Part shown: positions 20,211 through 29,416 of the stretch, piece after piece
Layout: the number at the start of each line of letters is the position of its first letter
Numbering within the stretch: position 1 is the stretch's first letter
From: Pseudomonadota bacterium
Lineage (GTDB): Bacteria > Pseudomonadota > Alphaproteobacteria > Sphingomonadales > SMXR01
Reading direction: 5' to 3'
Assembly: GCA_022566895.1 (NCBI GenBank)
Contig: JADFIA010000003.1
Coordinates: forward strand, 6,481 to 70,480
DNA length: 64,000 nucleotides
Made by a program: the position numbers and the translations under genes
Notes under the pieces: generated by a model
Seen by the model: only the letters and a program-made list of their open reading frames with translations
Told to the model about the DNA's origin: nothing
Databases searched by the model: none

Positions 20211-21173
20211 ATGACCTCGACGGAACGACTGGACCGGGTGCTGGTTTTGGAGCTTGTGCGGGTGACCGAAGCGGCAGCCTTGGCGGCCTCAAGGACGGTC
20301 GGGCTGGGCGACGAAAAAAAAGCCGATCAGGTGGCGGTCGAGGCCATGCGTGCGGCACTGAATGCATTGCCAATCGACGGCACGGTTGTGATCGGCGAGG
20401 GAGAGCGGGACAAGGCGCCAATGCTGTTTATCGGCGAGAAGGTCGGCACCGGGGAAGGTCCGAAAATCGATATTGCGCTCGATCCATTGGAAGGCACGAG
20501 GATAACGGCGAAGGGCGGCTCCAATGCTCTGGCGGTGGTGGCGATTGCCGCCGAGGGGCATCTTCTGAATGCGCCTGATACCTATATGGAAAAGATCGCC
20601 ATCGGCAGCGGCTATAAGAAAGGCCTCATTGATCTCGACAAGGAACCGGCCGAGAATGTGCGCAACCTGGCGGCAGCCAAAGGGGTATCGCCGGGCGAAA
20701 TTACGGCTTGCATACTTGATCGGCCGCGCCACGACGAGATCATGCGCCAACTCAGGGAAATCGGCTGCCGCGTGGAGTTGATCAGTGACGGCGATGTGGC
20801 CGGCGCCATGCGCACGGCACTGCCGGATAATAATGTCGATATCTATATCGGCACCGGCGGGGCGCCGGAGGGGGTGCTGGCCGCCGCCGCCCTCCAGTGC
20901 TTTGGCGGCCAGTTTCAGGCCCGGCTGGTATTCCAGAACGACGACGAAAAGGACCGCGCCCATCGCCTCGGCATTACCGATCTCGACAAAAAATATGACA
21001 TCGACGATCTGGCCCGCGGCGATGTGATCTTCGCCGCCACCGGGGTCACCGATGGGGCGCTCTTGAAAGGCGTGCGCAAAAGCCGCTTTGGCGGCCTTTC
21101 AACCCAAACCCTTGTCTTGCGCTCGGCCAGCCACACCATCCGCTGGGTCGAAACCGATCACATTCTGGCCTGA
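20211..21173 (+). CDS. glpX: class II fructose-1,6-bisphosphatase
   Basis: 'LVRVTEAAALAASRTVGLGDEKKADQVAVEAM...DPLEGT...GTGGAPEGVLAAAAL'. The ATG at 20211 follows the secF stop. Confidence 0.9.
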   Translation: MTSTERLDRVLVLELVRVTEAAALAASRTVGLGDEKKADQVAVEAMRAALNALPIDGTVVIGEGERDKAPMLFIGEKVGTGEGPKIDIALDPLEGTRITAKGGSNALAVVAIAAEGHLLNAPDTYMEKIAIGSGYKKGLIDLDKEPAENVRNLAAAKGVSPGEITACILDRPRHDEIMRQLREIGCRVELISDGDVAGAMRTALPDNNVDIYIGTGGAPEGVLAAAALQCFGGQFQARLVFQNDDEKDRAHRLGITDLDKKYDIDDLARGDVIFAATGVTDGALLKGVRKSRFGGLSTQTLVLRSASHTIRWVETDHILA

Positions 21174-21174
21174 C

Positions 21175-22977
21175 ATGGAGATGGTGGAGGCAGGCCAGGA
21201 ACTCCTGCTCGGCGGCAACCTATCGCTCAAAGGCCGGTCTTGGGTCAGACGCTCGTATGATGAGCGCCTGGCCGCCCAAATCTCACAGCAGCATGATCTG
21301 CCGGAGGTGGTGGGCAGGCTCCTGGCGGCCCGTGGGGTGGATGCCGAAAACGCAGACGGCTTTCTCAATCCGAGCCTGCGCCGGAGTCTGCCGGACCCCT
21401 CCGTTCTGCTGGATATGGACGCCGCGGTGGTGCGGCTCTTGCAGGCGATACAACGGGACGAGGGGATCGCCGTCTTTGGTGACTATGACGTAGACGGGGC
21501 GACATCTGCGGCGCTCTTGGATCGATTTTTCCGGGCCCTCGGCGTGGGGATACGGGTCTACATCCCCGACCGTTTGAAAGAAGGATATGGGCCGAACGCG
21601 GCGGCCATGCAGCAGCTAGCCAGCGAAGGGATTTCGGTGGTGATCACGGTCGATTGCGGGATTATGGCCTTCGAGGCGCTCGAGGCGGCCAAAGAAGCCG
21701 GTCTTGATGTGATCGTAGTCGATCACCACAAAGCCGAAGCGCGGTTGCCGGTTTCAGCCGCCGTCATCAACCCCAACCGATTAGATGACGAGAGTGGCCT
21801 TGGCCACTTGGCGGCGGTCGGGCTGGCCTTCATGCTGGCCGTAGGTCTCAATCGTGCGCTGCGTGAAAAGGGCTGGTATGGCGACACGCGGCCCGAGCCG
21901 GATCTCAAGGCTCTGCTCGATCTGGTGGCTTTGGGGACCGTCTGCGACGTGGTGCCGCTAAAAGGTCTGAACCGCGCCTTTGTCTGCCAAGGGCTGAAAG
22001 TCATGGCCCGACGAGGCAATCAGGGGCTGGTGGCGCTGGCCGATCTGGCCGGGATCGACGCCGCGCCCAACACCTACCATGCCGGTTTCGTCCTCGGGCC
22101 GCGGATCAACGCCGGCGGCCGGGTCGGCGAATCGGGTCTGGGTGCGCGGCTGCTGGCCAGCGAGGACAGTGCGGAGGCGGCGAAAATCGCCGAGCAACTG
22201 GATGCCCTGAATAAGGAACGCCAAGCCATTGAAGCCGAGGTGCAGGCGGCGGCGATCGAGAGGATCGAGGCGACACTTGGCCCCGCCGGGGTGCCGGGCC
22301 CGGTGATCTTCGCGGCCAGCGAAGGCTGGCATCCTGGGGTCATTGGCATTGTCGCCAGCCGCTTGAAGGAGCGCTACGGACGTCCGGCCTTCGTGCTGGC
22401 GATCGACGGCGAGGAAGCTAAAGGCAGCGCCCGCTCGATCAGTGGGCTGGATATCGGAGCGGCCGTGATCGAGGCCCTGCGCGGCGGCCTTCTGGTCGGC
22501 GGCGGTGGCCATCCCATGGCTGCAGGTTTGACTGTGAAGACCAGTAAAATCAATAACTTACGTGAGTTTCTTGAGGCTTGGTTGGGGACCCGTATGGGTG
22601 ATGAATTGGTCCTTCGACCCTACGAGTTTGACGGCCAGCTTAGCATCGGCGGTCTGACCCCCGGGCTGATGGATCAGATCGAACAGGTCGGGCCGTTCGG
22701 GGCCGGCAATCCGGCGCCGCGATTCGTTTTGCGCGGCGTAACACTCTTCAAGGCTGACATCGTCGGGGCTGACCATGTGCGGCTGATATTCGGGCAAGCG
22801 GACGGCCAACGCCTGAAGGGAATTGCCTTCCGGGCGGCCGGCGAACCGCTTGGGCAAGCGCTCCTTCGGGGCGTCGGGCAGCGCTGGCACTTGGCGGGCC
22901 GGGTCAAAAAAGACGAATGGTATTCGCCGCCGAGGGTCGAGTTGATCCTTGACGATGCAGCCTCGGCTGAAGTTTAG
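21175..22977 (+). CDS. recJ: single-stranded-DNA-specific exonuclease RecJ
   Basis: DHH motifs 'FGDYDVDGATS', 'ITVDCG', 'VVDHH' and the DHHA1 motif 'GGGHPMAAG'. Confidence 0.9.
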   Translation: MEMVEAGQELLLGGNLSLKGRSWVRRSYDERLAAQISQQHDLPEVVGRLLAARGVDAENADGFLNPSLRRSLPDPSVLLDMDAAVVRLLQAIQRDEGIAVFGDYDVDGATSAALLDRFFRALGVGIRVYIPDRLKEGYGPNAAAMQQLASEGISVVITVDCGIMAFEALEAAKEAGLDVIVVDHHKAEARLPVSAAVINPNRLDDESGLGHLAAVGLAFMLAVGLNRALREKGWYGDTRPEPDLKALLDLVALGTVCDVVPLKGLNRAFVCQGLKVMARRGNQGLVALADLAGIDAAPNTYHAGFVLGPRINAGGRVGESGLGARLLASEDSAEAAKIAEQLDALNKERQAIEAEVQAAAIERIEATLGPAGVPGPVIFAASEGWHPGVIGIVASRLKERYGRPAFVLAIDGEEAKGSARSISGLDIGAAVIEALRGGLLVGGGGHPMAAGLTVKTSKINNLREFLEAWLGTRMGDELVLRPYEFDGQLSIGGLTPGLMDQIEQVGPFGAGNPAPRFVLRGVTLFKADIVGADHVRLIFGQADGQRLKGIAFRAAGEPLGQALLRGVGQRWHLAGRVKKDEWYSPPRVELILDDAASAEV

Positions 22978-23020
22978 ATCTTCGACCTTGTCATGGCTCG
23001 CGGCGTGGTCAAGAAACGGG

Positions 23021-23049
23021 TTGACGAAAGGGGTAGCAGGCGGCTAAAC
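23021..23049 (+). promoter_or_regulatory. candidate promoter for tRNA-Glu
   Basis: TTGACG, then 16-17 nt, then GCTAAAC. This resembles the Caulobacter-type TTGACgS / GCtANAWC housekeeping consensus and ends about 15 nt before the tRNA 5' end. Confidence 0.3.
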
Positions 23050-23064
23050 ACCTGACGGCTTCCT

Positions 23065-23142
23065 GACCCCATCGTCTAGTCCGGTCTAGGACGCTAGCTT
23101 TTCACGCTAGAAACGGGGGTTCGAATCCCCCTGGGGTCGCCA
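23065..23142 (+). tRNA. tRNA-Glu (anticodon UUC), CCA encoded
   Basis: Acceptor GACCCCA/TGGGGTC, D-arm GTCTAG..CTAGGAC, anticodon stem CTAGC/GCTAG with loop TT-TTC-AC, T-arm GGGGGTTCGAATCCCCC, then discriminator G and CCA. Confidence 0.9.
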
Positions 23143-23256
23143 AGCTTTTCCGGCTAAAAAAGTCGCCACCTGCCTCTTGCAATAAAACGTCGCTTTGGCA
23201 CACTATGTCGGGCCGCGCCCAAATGTTGCGAGCCGGCCTCGAAGCTATGCGATGAA

Positions 23257-24081
23257 ATGTCCGAGGGGACCAGAATGGCCGAAGAAGTTGCCGTCCGCCA
23301 TCCGTCTAAAGACGGCCTGCCGATCGTTCACAATGTCAATCGGAGCGACGTCAAAATGGCCCTGATGAAGGGGATCGCCGACTTTAACGCCCGGCCGAGC
23401 CATCTGCTTTTCCTGTCGGTCATTTACCCGGTTATGGCCTTGATTATGGCCAGGCTATCATTCGGCTACGACGTGCTGCCCCTCCTGTTCCCGTTGCTTG
23501 CGGGGGGCGCCATCATTGGTCCTCTGGCAGCAACCGGCATGTACGAAATCAGCCGCCGCCGGGCCCGCGGACGTGATGTGTCCTGGACCCATGCCTTTGA
23601 CGTCTTTCGCTCGCCCGCCTTTCCGCAGATCGCCCTGTTCGGTCTTTTCCTGATCGTCATATTCCTGGCCTGGATGGGTACCGCGCAGGCCATATACGTG
23701 GCCATTTTCGGCGACACAGTCCCGGAAACCATCGGCGGCTTTGTGGACCAGATCTTTCTGACCAAGGAAGGCTGGACACTCATGTTGGTCGGCACCGGCG
23801 CCGGCTTTTTGTTCGCCGTCGTCGCTTTAAGCGTCAGCATCGTCTCGATCCCCCTGATGCTCGATCAGAATGTCAATGTGGTAACCGCGATTCGCACCTC
23901 GATCCGGGCCGTGGCGATCAACCCCCAATCGATGTCGGTCTGGGGTCTGATTGTCGCAGTCAGCTTGTTTCTTGGGTCGATCCCGTTCTTTGTCGGCCTG
24001 GCCGTCGTGATGCCAATCCTGGGACACGCCACCTGGCACCTTTACTGCCAGATCGTCGAGCGCACCCCCCAGTACGACTGA
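23257..24081 (+). CDS. DUF2189-like polytopic membrane protein
   Basis: Four to six TM segments. The N-terminal 'DVKMALMKGIADFNARPSH' pattern is recalled from DUF2189/COG5473 proteins that often neighbour oxidase genes. The start may be 23275. Confidence 0.55.
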   Translation: MSEGTRMAEEVAVRHPSKDGLPIVHNVNRSDVKMALMKGIADFNARPSHLLFLSVIYPVMALIMARLSFGYDVLPLLFPLLAGGAIIGPLAATGMYEISRRRARGRDVSWTHAFDVFRSPAFPQIALFGLFLIVIFLAWMGTAQAIYVAIFGDTVPETIGGFVDQIFLTKEGWTLMLVGTGAGFLFAVVALSVSIVSIPLMLDQNVNVVTAIRTSIRAVAINPQSMSVWGLIVAVSLFLGSIPFFVGLAVVMPILGHATWHLYCQIVERTPQYD

Positions 24082-24121
24082 TCAATGAAAATGCGTTGGC
24101 ACCAGGCCGGCGTCACGGCAC

Positions 24122-24442
24122 CTAGGGACCTGCGAAGAACAGCACCCTGGTCAGGAAGGTATAGTCGGCCTCCATCGTCATCAGGCCGATCAGAACGAGA
24201 AGGCACAGCGGCGGCAGGAGAATGGCATAAATCATGGCCAGCCGCTCCCACATCATATGCATGAAGACGGAAACGATTAATCCGGCCTTGAGGAACATGA
24301 ACAAGAGGATCAGGAACCAGCGCAGGTATCCCTCGAACTGAAGGTAATCGACCATGTAGGAAAAGAAACTTAGTACAAACAGCAAACCCCAGATCTTGAA
24401 ATAGATCGCGATCGGATGTTGTTGTCCTTCAACGTGAGCCAT
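24122..24442 (-). CDS. small cytochrome oxidase subunit IV-family membrane protein
   Basis: 106 aa with three TM segments, immediately downstream of the subunit III genes (9-nt gap). Confidence 0.65.
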   Translation of the reverse strand: MAHVEGQQHPIAIYFKIWGLLFVLSFFSYMVDYLQFEGYLRWFLILLFMFLKAGLIVSVFMHMMWERLAMIYAILLPPLCLLVLIGLMTMEADYTFLTRVLFFAGP

Positions 24443-24451
24443 GGTTTCCCC

Positions 24452-25150
24452 TTACCAAAGATAGAACAATGCGAAGATGAACACCCACACAAGATCGACA
24501 AAGTGCCAATAGAGCCCTGTGATCTCGACGATTTGATAATTTCCCCGTGCCTCGTAATCCCCTTTCAGAACCTTGATGGCCACGGTGGTCAGATAAATCA
24601 CGCCGACCGAGACGTGCAAGCCGTGAAACCCCGTGATCATGAAAAAGGTCGAGCCGAATTGAGCGGCGCCCATCGGATTGCCCCAGGGCCGCACGCCTTC
24701 TTCGAAGATCAGTTTGGTCCATTCGAAGGCCTGCATGCTGACAAAGGCGACGCCGAAAAGCGCCGTGACGATCATCAGTGCGGCTGTCTTTTTGCGGTCG
24801 CGCCGGTAGCCGAAATTCACGGCCATGGCCATGGTGCCGCTGCTCGAGATCAGAATGAAGGTCATTATGGCAATCAGAATAAGCGGGATGGGCTCACCGC
24901 CAAAACTAAGCGCGAAAACCTCGCTGGGAATCGGCCAGGGTACGGTCGTCGAGATGCGAACGGTCATGTAGGAGACCAGGAAGCAGGAAAAGATGAAGGT
25001 GTCGCTGACCAGGAAGATCCACATCATCGCCTTGCCCCAGGGGACGTTCTTGAACGCCCGCTGGTCAGACGACCAGTCTGCGGTCACCCCTTTCAATCCC
25101 GGCTCGAGGGCTACGACATCGCCGCTCGCAGTCACCATCTGATTCGCCAT
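24452..25150 (-). CDS. heme-copper oxidase subunit III family protein (CoxP-like)
   Basis: 'FFMITGFHGLHVSVGVI...TGLYWHFVDLVWVFIFALFYLW' subunit III C-terminal signature. Confidence 0.8.
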   Translation of the reverse strand: MANQMVTASGDVVALEPGLKGVTADWSSDQRAFKNVPWGKAMMWIFLVSDTFIFSCFLVSYMTVRISTTVPWPIPSEVFALSFGGEPIPLILIAIMTFILISSSGTMAMAVNFGYRRDRKKTAALMIVTALFGVAFVSMQAFEWTKLIFEEGVRPWGNPMGAAQFGSTFFMITGFHGLHVSVGVIYLTTVAIKVLKGDYEARGNYQIVEITGLYWHFVDLVWVFIFALFYLW

Positions 25151-25166
25151 TCCCCTAATTTCCTTC

Positions 25167-25784
25167 CTAGGTCCTCAACAAAAGGGCAAACATACCCAGC
25201 CAAACCAGAAGCAGAAAATGCCAGTAAAGCGTACATAGCTCGACGCCGAGTCGCAGTTCCCGGATCTCGACGCCCCGACCGATTCTGACCGCGGATTTGC
25301 CCCAGGCCCACAAGCCCCCCAGCAAATGAAGCCCGTGGATCGCGGTGATCATATAGAAAAAGCCATTGGCTGAGTTTCCAAGCACGACATGGCCGGAATC
25401 GATCAGATTCCGCCAGACCAGAATCTGGCCGGCCAAAAAGGCCACAGCCAGCACGCCGCCAAGGAAAAAGCCGATCTTCAGGCCTTTTAGGTTTTGCCGG
25501 CGGGCCGACACGCTGGCCCATTGCAAGGCTAGACTGCTAAACGCCAGAACGCCGGTGTTGACCCACAGCATCTGCGGATCGGTAAGGGGCTGCCAGTCGC
25601 CGAATTTCATGCGCATCACATTGGCTGCCGCGATCAGACCAAAGAGGACAGTCACCACCGACAGAAAAACGAACAGGCCGATTTTCTGGGTCGGCAGCGA
25701 TAGCTCGCCGCCGCCGTGCAGGTCGCCCAGTGACGCTTCATTGCGCTCCCATGGTTTGGTGGCAAGTATGCGGAAAATGCTCAT
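25167..25784 (-). CDS. second heme-copper oxidase subunit III-like protein (CoxO-like)
   Basis: 'FYMITAIHGLHLLGGLW...LCTLYWHFLLLVWLGMFALL'. ATGA-type overlap with the subunit I gene. Confidence 0.75.
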   Translation of the reverse strand: MSIFRILATKPWERNEASLGDLHGGGELSLPTQKIGLFVFLSVVTVLFGLIAAANVMRMKFGDWQPLTDPQMLWVNTGVLAFSSLALQWASVSARRQNLKGLKIGFFLGGVLAVAFLAGQILVWRNLIDSGHVVLGNSANGFFYMITAIHGLHLLGGLWAWGKSAVRIGRGVEIRELRLGVELCTLYWHFLLLVWLGMFALLLRT

Positions 25785-27559
25785 GAGTGGTGATCTTTTT
25801 CATCGCCGCGGCCCAAATGCCCACCGACGATCGGATCGTCCGGCGACATGGTCTGGGGCAGGTAATCCTGTGCCGCGCCGGGCACGCTGTAGTCATATGC
25901 CCAGCGGTACACAAGCGGCCGATTGGGTCCCCAATTGCCATGCACCGGGGGCGTTTGCGGGGTCTGCCACTCAAGCGAGGTGGCCTTCCAGGGGTTCGGT
26001 CCCGATGGCTTGCCTTTGAAATAGCTCCAAATGAGGTTGTAAATAAACAAGATCTGCACAACGCCAACGATGAAGGCGGCGATTGTGATGCTCTGGTTCA
26101 GCGTCACCGCCGATGCCGGAATGAAGTCGGTGCCTTCAATGGAGTAATAACGGCGCGGCACACCGACAAATCCCAAATAGTGCATCGGGAAGTAGATGGC
26201 GTAGGTTCCCAGGAACGTAACCCAGAAATGAAACTTGCCCATGGCATCGTTGAGCATGCGGCCGGTTATTTTGGGATACCAGTGATAGATCGCCCCGAAG
26301 ACCACCAGAATCGGCGCCACGCCCATCACCATATGGAAATGCGCCACCACGAAATACGTATCCGAGAGCGGCACGTCGACCACCACATTGCCGAGGAACA
26401 GCCCGGTTAGTCCGCCGACCACGAAGGTCAGGATAAAGGCGATCGCAAAGAGCATCGGTACGGTCAGATGGATATCGCCGCGCCACAGCGTCAGTACCCA
26501 GTTGTACACCTTGATCGCGGTGGGTACCGCAATGATCAGGGTGGTGGTGGCAAAGAAGAATCCGAACAGGGGATTCATGCCGCTGACGTACATATGGTGG
26601 GCCCAGACAACAAAGCTAAGGACACCGATGGCCACGATGGCCCAGACCATCATGCGATAGCCGAAAATGTTCTTGCGCGCGTGCACGCTCAAAAGATCCG
26701 AGACAATACCAAAGGCGGGCAGGGCGACGATATACACTTCCGGGTGACCGAAAAACCAGAACAGATGCTGGAACAGCAGCGGGTTACCGCCGCCGTAATC
26801 GAGTGTTTCTCCCATCGAGATGATTGCCGGCATGAAAAAGCTGGTCCCCAGCGTGCGGTCGAGAAGCAACATCACGGCGCTGACGAACAGGGCCGGGAAA
26901 GCCAGAAGAGCCAAAATCGTGGCCATGAAAATTCCCCAGACCGAAAGCGGCATCCGCATCAGGGTCATGCCGCGGGTACGGGCCTGCAACACCGTGGTCA
27001 CATAATTTAGACCCCCCATGGTAAAGGCGACGATGAATATGATCAGGGAAACCAGCATCAGGATGATGCCCCAATCATGGCCCGGTGTGCCCTGTAGGAT
27101 CACCTGCGGCGGATAGAGCGTCCAGCCGGCGCCGGTCGGCCCGCCGGGCACGAAAAAGCTGGCCACCAATACCAGAACCGCGACCAGATAAAGCCAGTAG
27201 CTGAGCATGTTCACATAAGGAAAAACCATATCGCGGGCGCCGCACATCAGCGGGATCAAATAGTTGCCGAAACCGCCCAAAAACAGGGCGGTCAGCAGAT
27301 AGATGACCATGATCATGCCATGCATGGTCACGAACTGATAATAAGAACTCGGATCGATAAATGAAAACGTGCCCGGAAAGCCCAGCTGCAGCCGCATCAA
27401 TAGGGAAAGCACGAGCGCCACCAGGCCGATGCCGATGGCCGTCGCCGCATACTGGAGGGCAATGACCTTGTGGTCCTGGCTCCAGATATACTTGGTGATG
27501 AAGCTTTGCGGATCGTGAAGTTCTATATCATCAACTTCAGCCGGTGCTACATATGCCAT
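25781..27559 (-). CDS. ctaD: cytochrome c oxidase subunit I
   Basis: 'FQHLFWFFGHPEVYI', 'WAHHMYVSG' and 'HFHMVMG' heme/CuB ligand motifs. Confidence 0.95.
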   Translation of the reverse strand: MAYVAPAEVDDIELHDPQSFITKYIWSQDHKVIALQYAATAIGIGLVALVLSLLMRLQLGFPGTFSFIDPSSYYQFVTMHGMIMVIYLLTALFLGGFGNYLIPLMCGARDMVFPYVNMLSYWLYLVAVLVLVASFFVPGGPTGAGWTLYPPQVILQGTPGHDWGIILMLVSLIIFIVAFTMGGLNYVTTVLQARTRGMTLMRMPLSVWGIFMATILALLAFPALFVSAVMLLLDRTLGTSFFMPAIISMGETLDYGGGNPLLFQHLFWFFGHPEVYIVALPAFGIVSDLLSVHARKNIFGYRMMVWAIVAIGVLSFVVWAHHMYVSGMNPLFGFFFATTTLIIAVPTAIKVYNWVLTLWRGDIHLTVPMLFAIAFILTFVVGGLTGLFLGNVVVDVPLSDTYFVVAHFHMVMGVAPILVVFGAIYHWYPKITGRMLNDAMGKFHFWVTFLGTYAIYFPMHYLGFVGVPRRYYSIEGTDFIPASAVTLNQSITIAAFIVGVVQILFIYNLIWSYFKGKPSGPNPWKATSLEWQTPQTPPVHGNWGPNRPLVYRWAYDYSVPGAAQDYLPQTMSPDDPIVGGHLGRGDEKDHHS

Positions 27560-27637
27560 CAGAATCCTCTTTTCGGTATCTCTTTGTTAACCTTAACCGG
27601 TCCCGAACTTTTCAGGAAATGCGCCTGCCGATTCCGC

Positions 27638-28741
27638 TCATTCGGATTTCGATTTTATCAAGGCGATCAGGGCTGCCATATCCTCGTCACTCAGTTCGTA
27701 AGGCGGCATGATCGGGGCAAAGCCTTCGACCAGTTTGGCGTTGGGGTCGGAGACCGACTCTATAAGATAGGCCTCGTCAACGCGCACCGTTGTGCCGTCC
27801 GCCAATGTCTCTTCCTTGCCGAACAGACCTTTCCAGGTCGGGCCGACGCCGGATGTGCCGTCGATCGTATGGCACGACAGACAGCCTTGGGCGCCTGCCA
27901 CTTCCTGCCCCTTGGTCGCCAAGCCCGTCATCGCCGGGGCTGCTGTTGCTGCGGCGAGGAATTGGGCGTAGGTCGGCTTCGAACTCAGCCATTCGTCGAA
28001 ATCTTCCGCCTCATCGACCACCACATGGCCGCGCATGGTATAATGGCCGACCCCACACAGCTCAGCGCACAGAAGGTCGAATTTGCCGGTCCGGGTCGGT
28101 ATAAACCAGAAGTAGGTTATCAGCCCCGGCACCAGGTCCATTTTGGCCCGGAACTGGGGCACGTAAAAATCGTGCAGGACATCATACGAGCGCAATAGCA
28201 TCTTGACCGGGCGATCGATCGGAAGATGCAGCTCGGGCTCCGAGATCAAGATATCGTCCTGACCGTTGGGATCGTCTGGATTGATTCCGAACGGATTGTC
28301 GAAACTGACGAACTTGATGTCCGTCGTCCCCAACTTGCCGTCCTCGCCGGGAAAGCGAAAGCTCCACTGCCATTGCTTACCGACCGCTTCGACCTCGTCG
28401 GCGCCCTCGGGTACGGTGATATAGTCATTCCAAACCACAAGCCCCGGCGCCAACATGGCCACTACGCCGATCGTCGTCAATATCGTCAGCCACCATTCCA
28501 GCTTGTTGTTTTCCGGCTCGTAGTGCGCCACCCGACCTTCCTTGTGGTGAAAACGGTAGATCGAGTAGGCCATAAATAAAGAGATCGCCACAAAGGCGAT
28601 CCCCGTAATAATGAAGGTAATAATGAGGGTGGTATCGATGGTTCCCCAATTGGAAGCTATCGGCGTGAACCACCAGGGGCTCAAAAAATTGAAAATGACC
28701 GATCCGACGATCAACAGAACCAGTACGATTGCGACTGCCAT
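27638..28741 (-). CDS. cytochrome c oxidase subunit II with fused C-terminal cytochrome c domain (caa3-type)
   Basis: CuA site 'CAELCGVGHYTM' followed by heme-c motif 'CLSCH'. Two N-terminal TM segments. Confidence 0.9.
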   Translation of the reverse strand: MAVAIVLVLLIVGSVIFNFLSPWWFTPIASNWGTIDTTLIITFIITGIAFVAISLFMAYSIYRFHHKEGRVAHYEPENNKLEWWLTILTTIGVVAMLAPGLVVWNDYITVPEGADEVEAVGKQWQWSFRFPGEDGKLGTTDIKFVSFDNPFGINPDDPNGQDDILISEPELHLPIDRPVKMLLRSYDVLHDFYVPQFRAKMDLVPGLITYFWFIPTRTGKFDLLCAELCGVGHYTMRGHVVVDEAEDFDEWLSSKPTYAQFLAAATAAPAMTGLATKGQEVAGAQGCLSCHTIDGTSGVGPTWKGLFGKEETLADGTTVRVDEAYLIESVSDPNAKLVEGFAPIMPPYELSDEDMAALIALIKSKSE

Positions 28742-29011
28742 ATCTAAATTTGTCCCACTCTAAGCCTCCGGTACTGCCGGATGACGCCAGCGATTTCCGC
28801 GCACTTTCGGGAGAGAACGACGACCACGCGCACCGATCAGAAGCTTGAATCCACTAGTTCTTACTTGTCTTCCATTTCTCCGGCCATTTCGACCTGCGCC
28901 ATATCCTTTTTCTGGCCGCCATCTTGTCGACAGTCGGGAGCCTAGGGAAAAGTAATTCGATTTGCAAGTGGGCCCCGCGGCCACCACCAAATAATCTGAT
29001 CGCTTTGGAAG

Positions 29012-29416
29012 GTGGTATTAACTGGCGGTATCGAGGGCGACGAATCACAGCGCATAAATCTTGCCTTTGGTGGTCAAAACGGGGCATATCGGTCTCGTAG
29101 ATCCGAGATCTTGCAAACGGAGAATTTACCCCTGACCGACAAAAATCGAAACCACTCCCGCCGCTGGTTTTCACGCGACCGGCTGCCCAGGAGCCGCACT
29201 GTGCGGGTGGCTTTGGGGACGGCGCTCGTGATCATGGGGATTTTCGGGTGGCTGCCGATTCTCGGCTTCTGGATGATTCCCCTGGGGCTACTGGTTCTCT
29301 CGGTGGATTTTCACCAAGCGCGCCGGTTCCGGCGACGCCTTGAAGTATGGTCCGGCCGCCGCCGGCGACGGCGGCAAGAGCGCGACCACCAGCCGCAGAG
29401 ATCGCAGGACGAATGA
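29012..29416 (+). CDS. small 2-TM membrane protein (PGPGW-like?), start uncertain
   Basis: Hydrophobic hairpin 'ALGTALVIMGIFGWLPILGFWMIPLGLLVLSVDFHQARRF' followed by an Arg-rich tail. Its stop overlaps the next ATG (ATGA at 29413-29416). The real start may be an internal GTG near 29201. Confidence 0.4.
   Translation: MVLTGGIEGDESQRINLAFGGQNGAYRSRRSEILQTENLPLTDKNRNHSRRWFSRDRLPRSRTVRVALGTALVIMGIFGWLPILGFWMIPLGLLVLSVDFHQARRFRRRLEVWSGRRRRRRQERDHQPQRSQDE

Noticed and set aside
23065-28741. tRNA-Glu as an integration site, with the oxidase cluster as a genomic island.
   Set aside because: There is no integrase, no direct repeat of the tRNA 3' end downstream, and no obvious GC shift beyond the normal composition of membrane-protein genes.
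28742-29011. Small ORFs (28760-28990, 28854-29174, both minus strand) and a possible FNR/FixK box upstream of the oxidase operon.
   Set aside because: The ORFs have no coding-like features, and I found no TTGAT-N4-ATCAA match. The promoter of the cox cluster remains unassigned.
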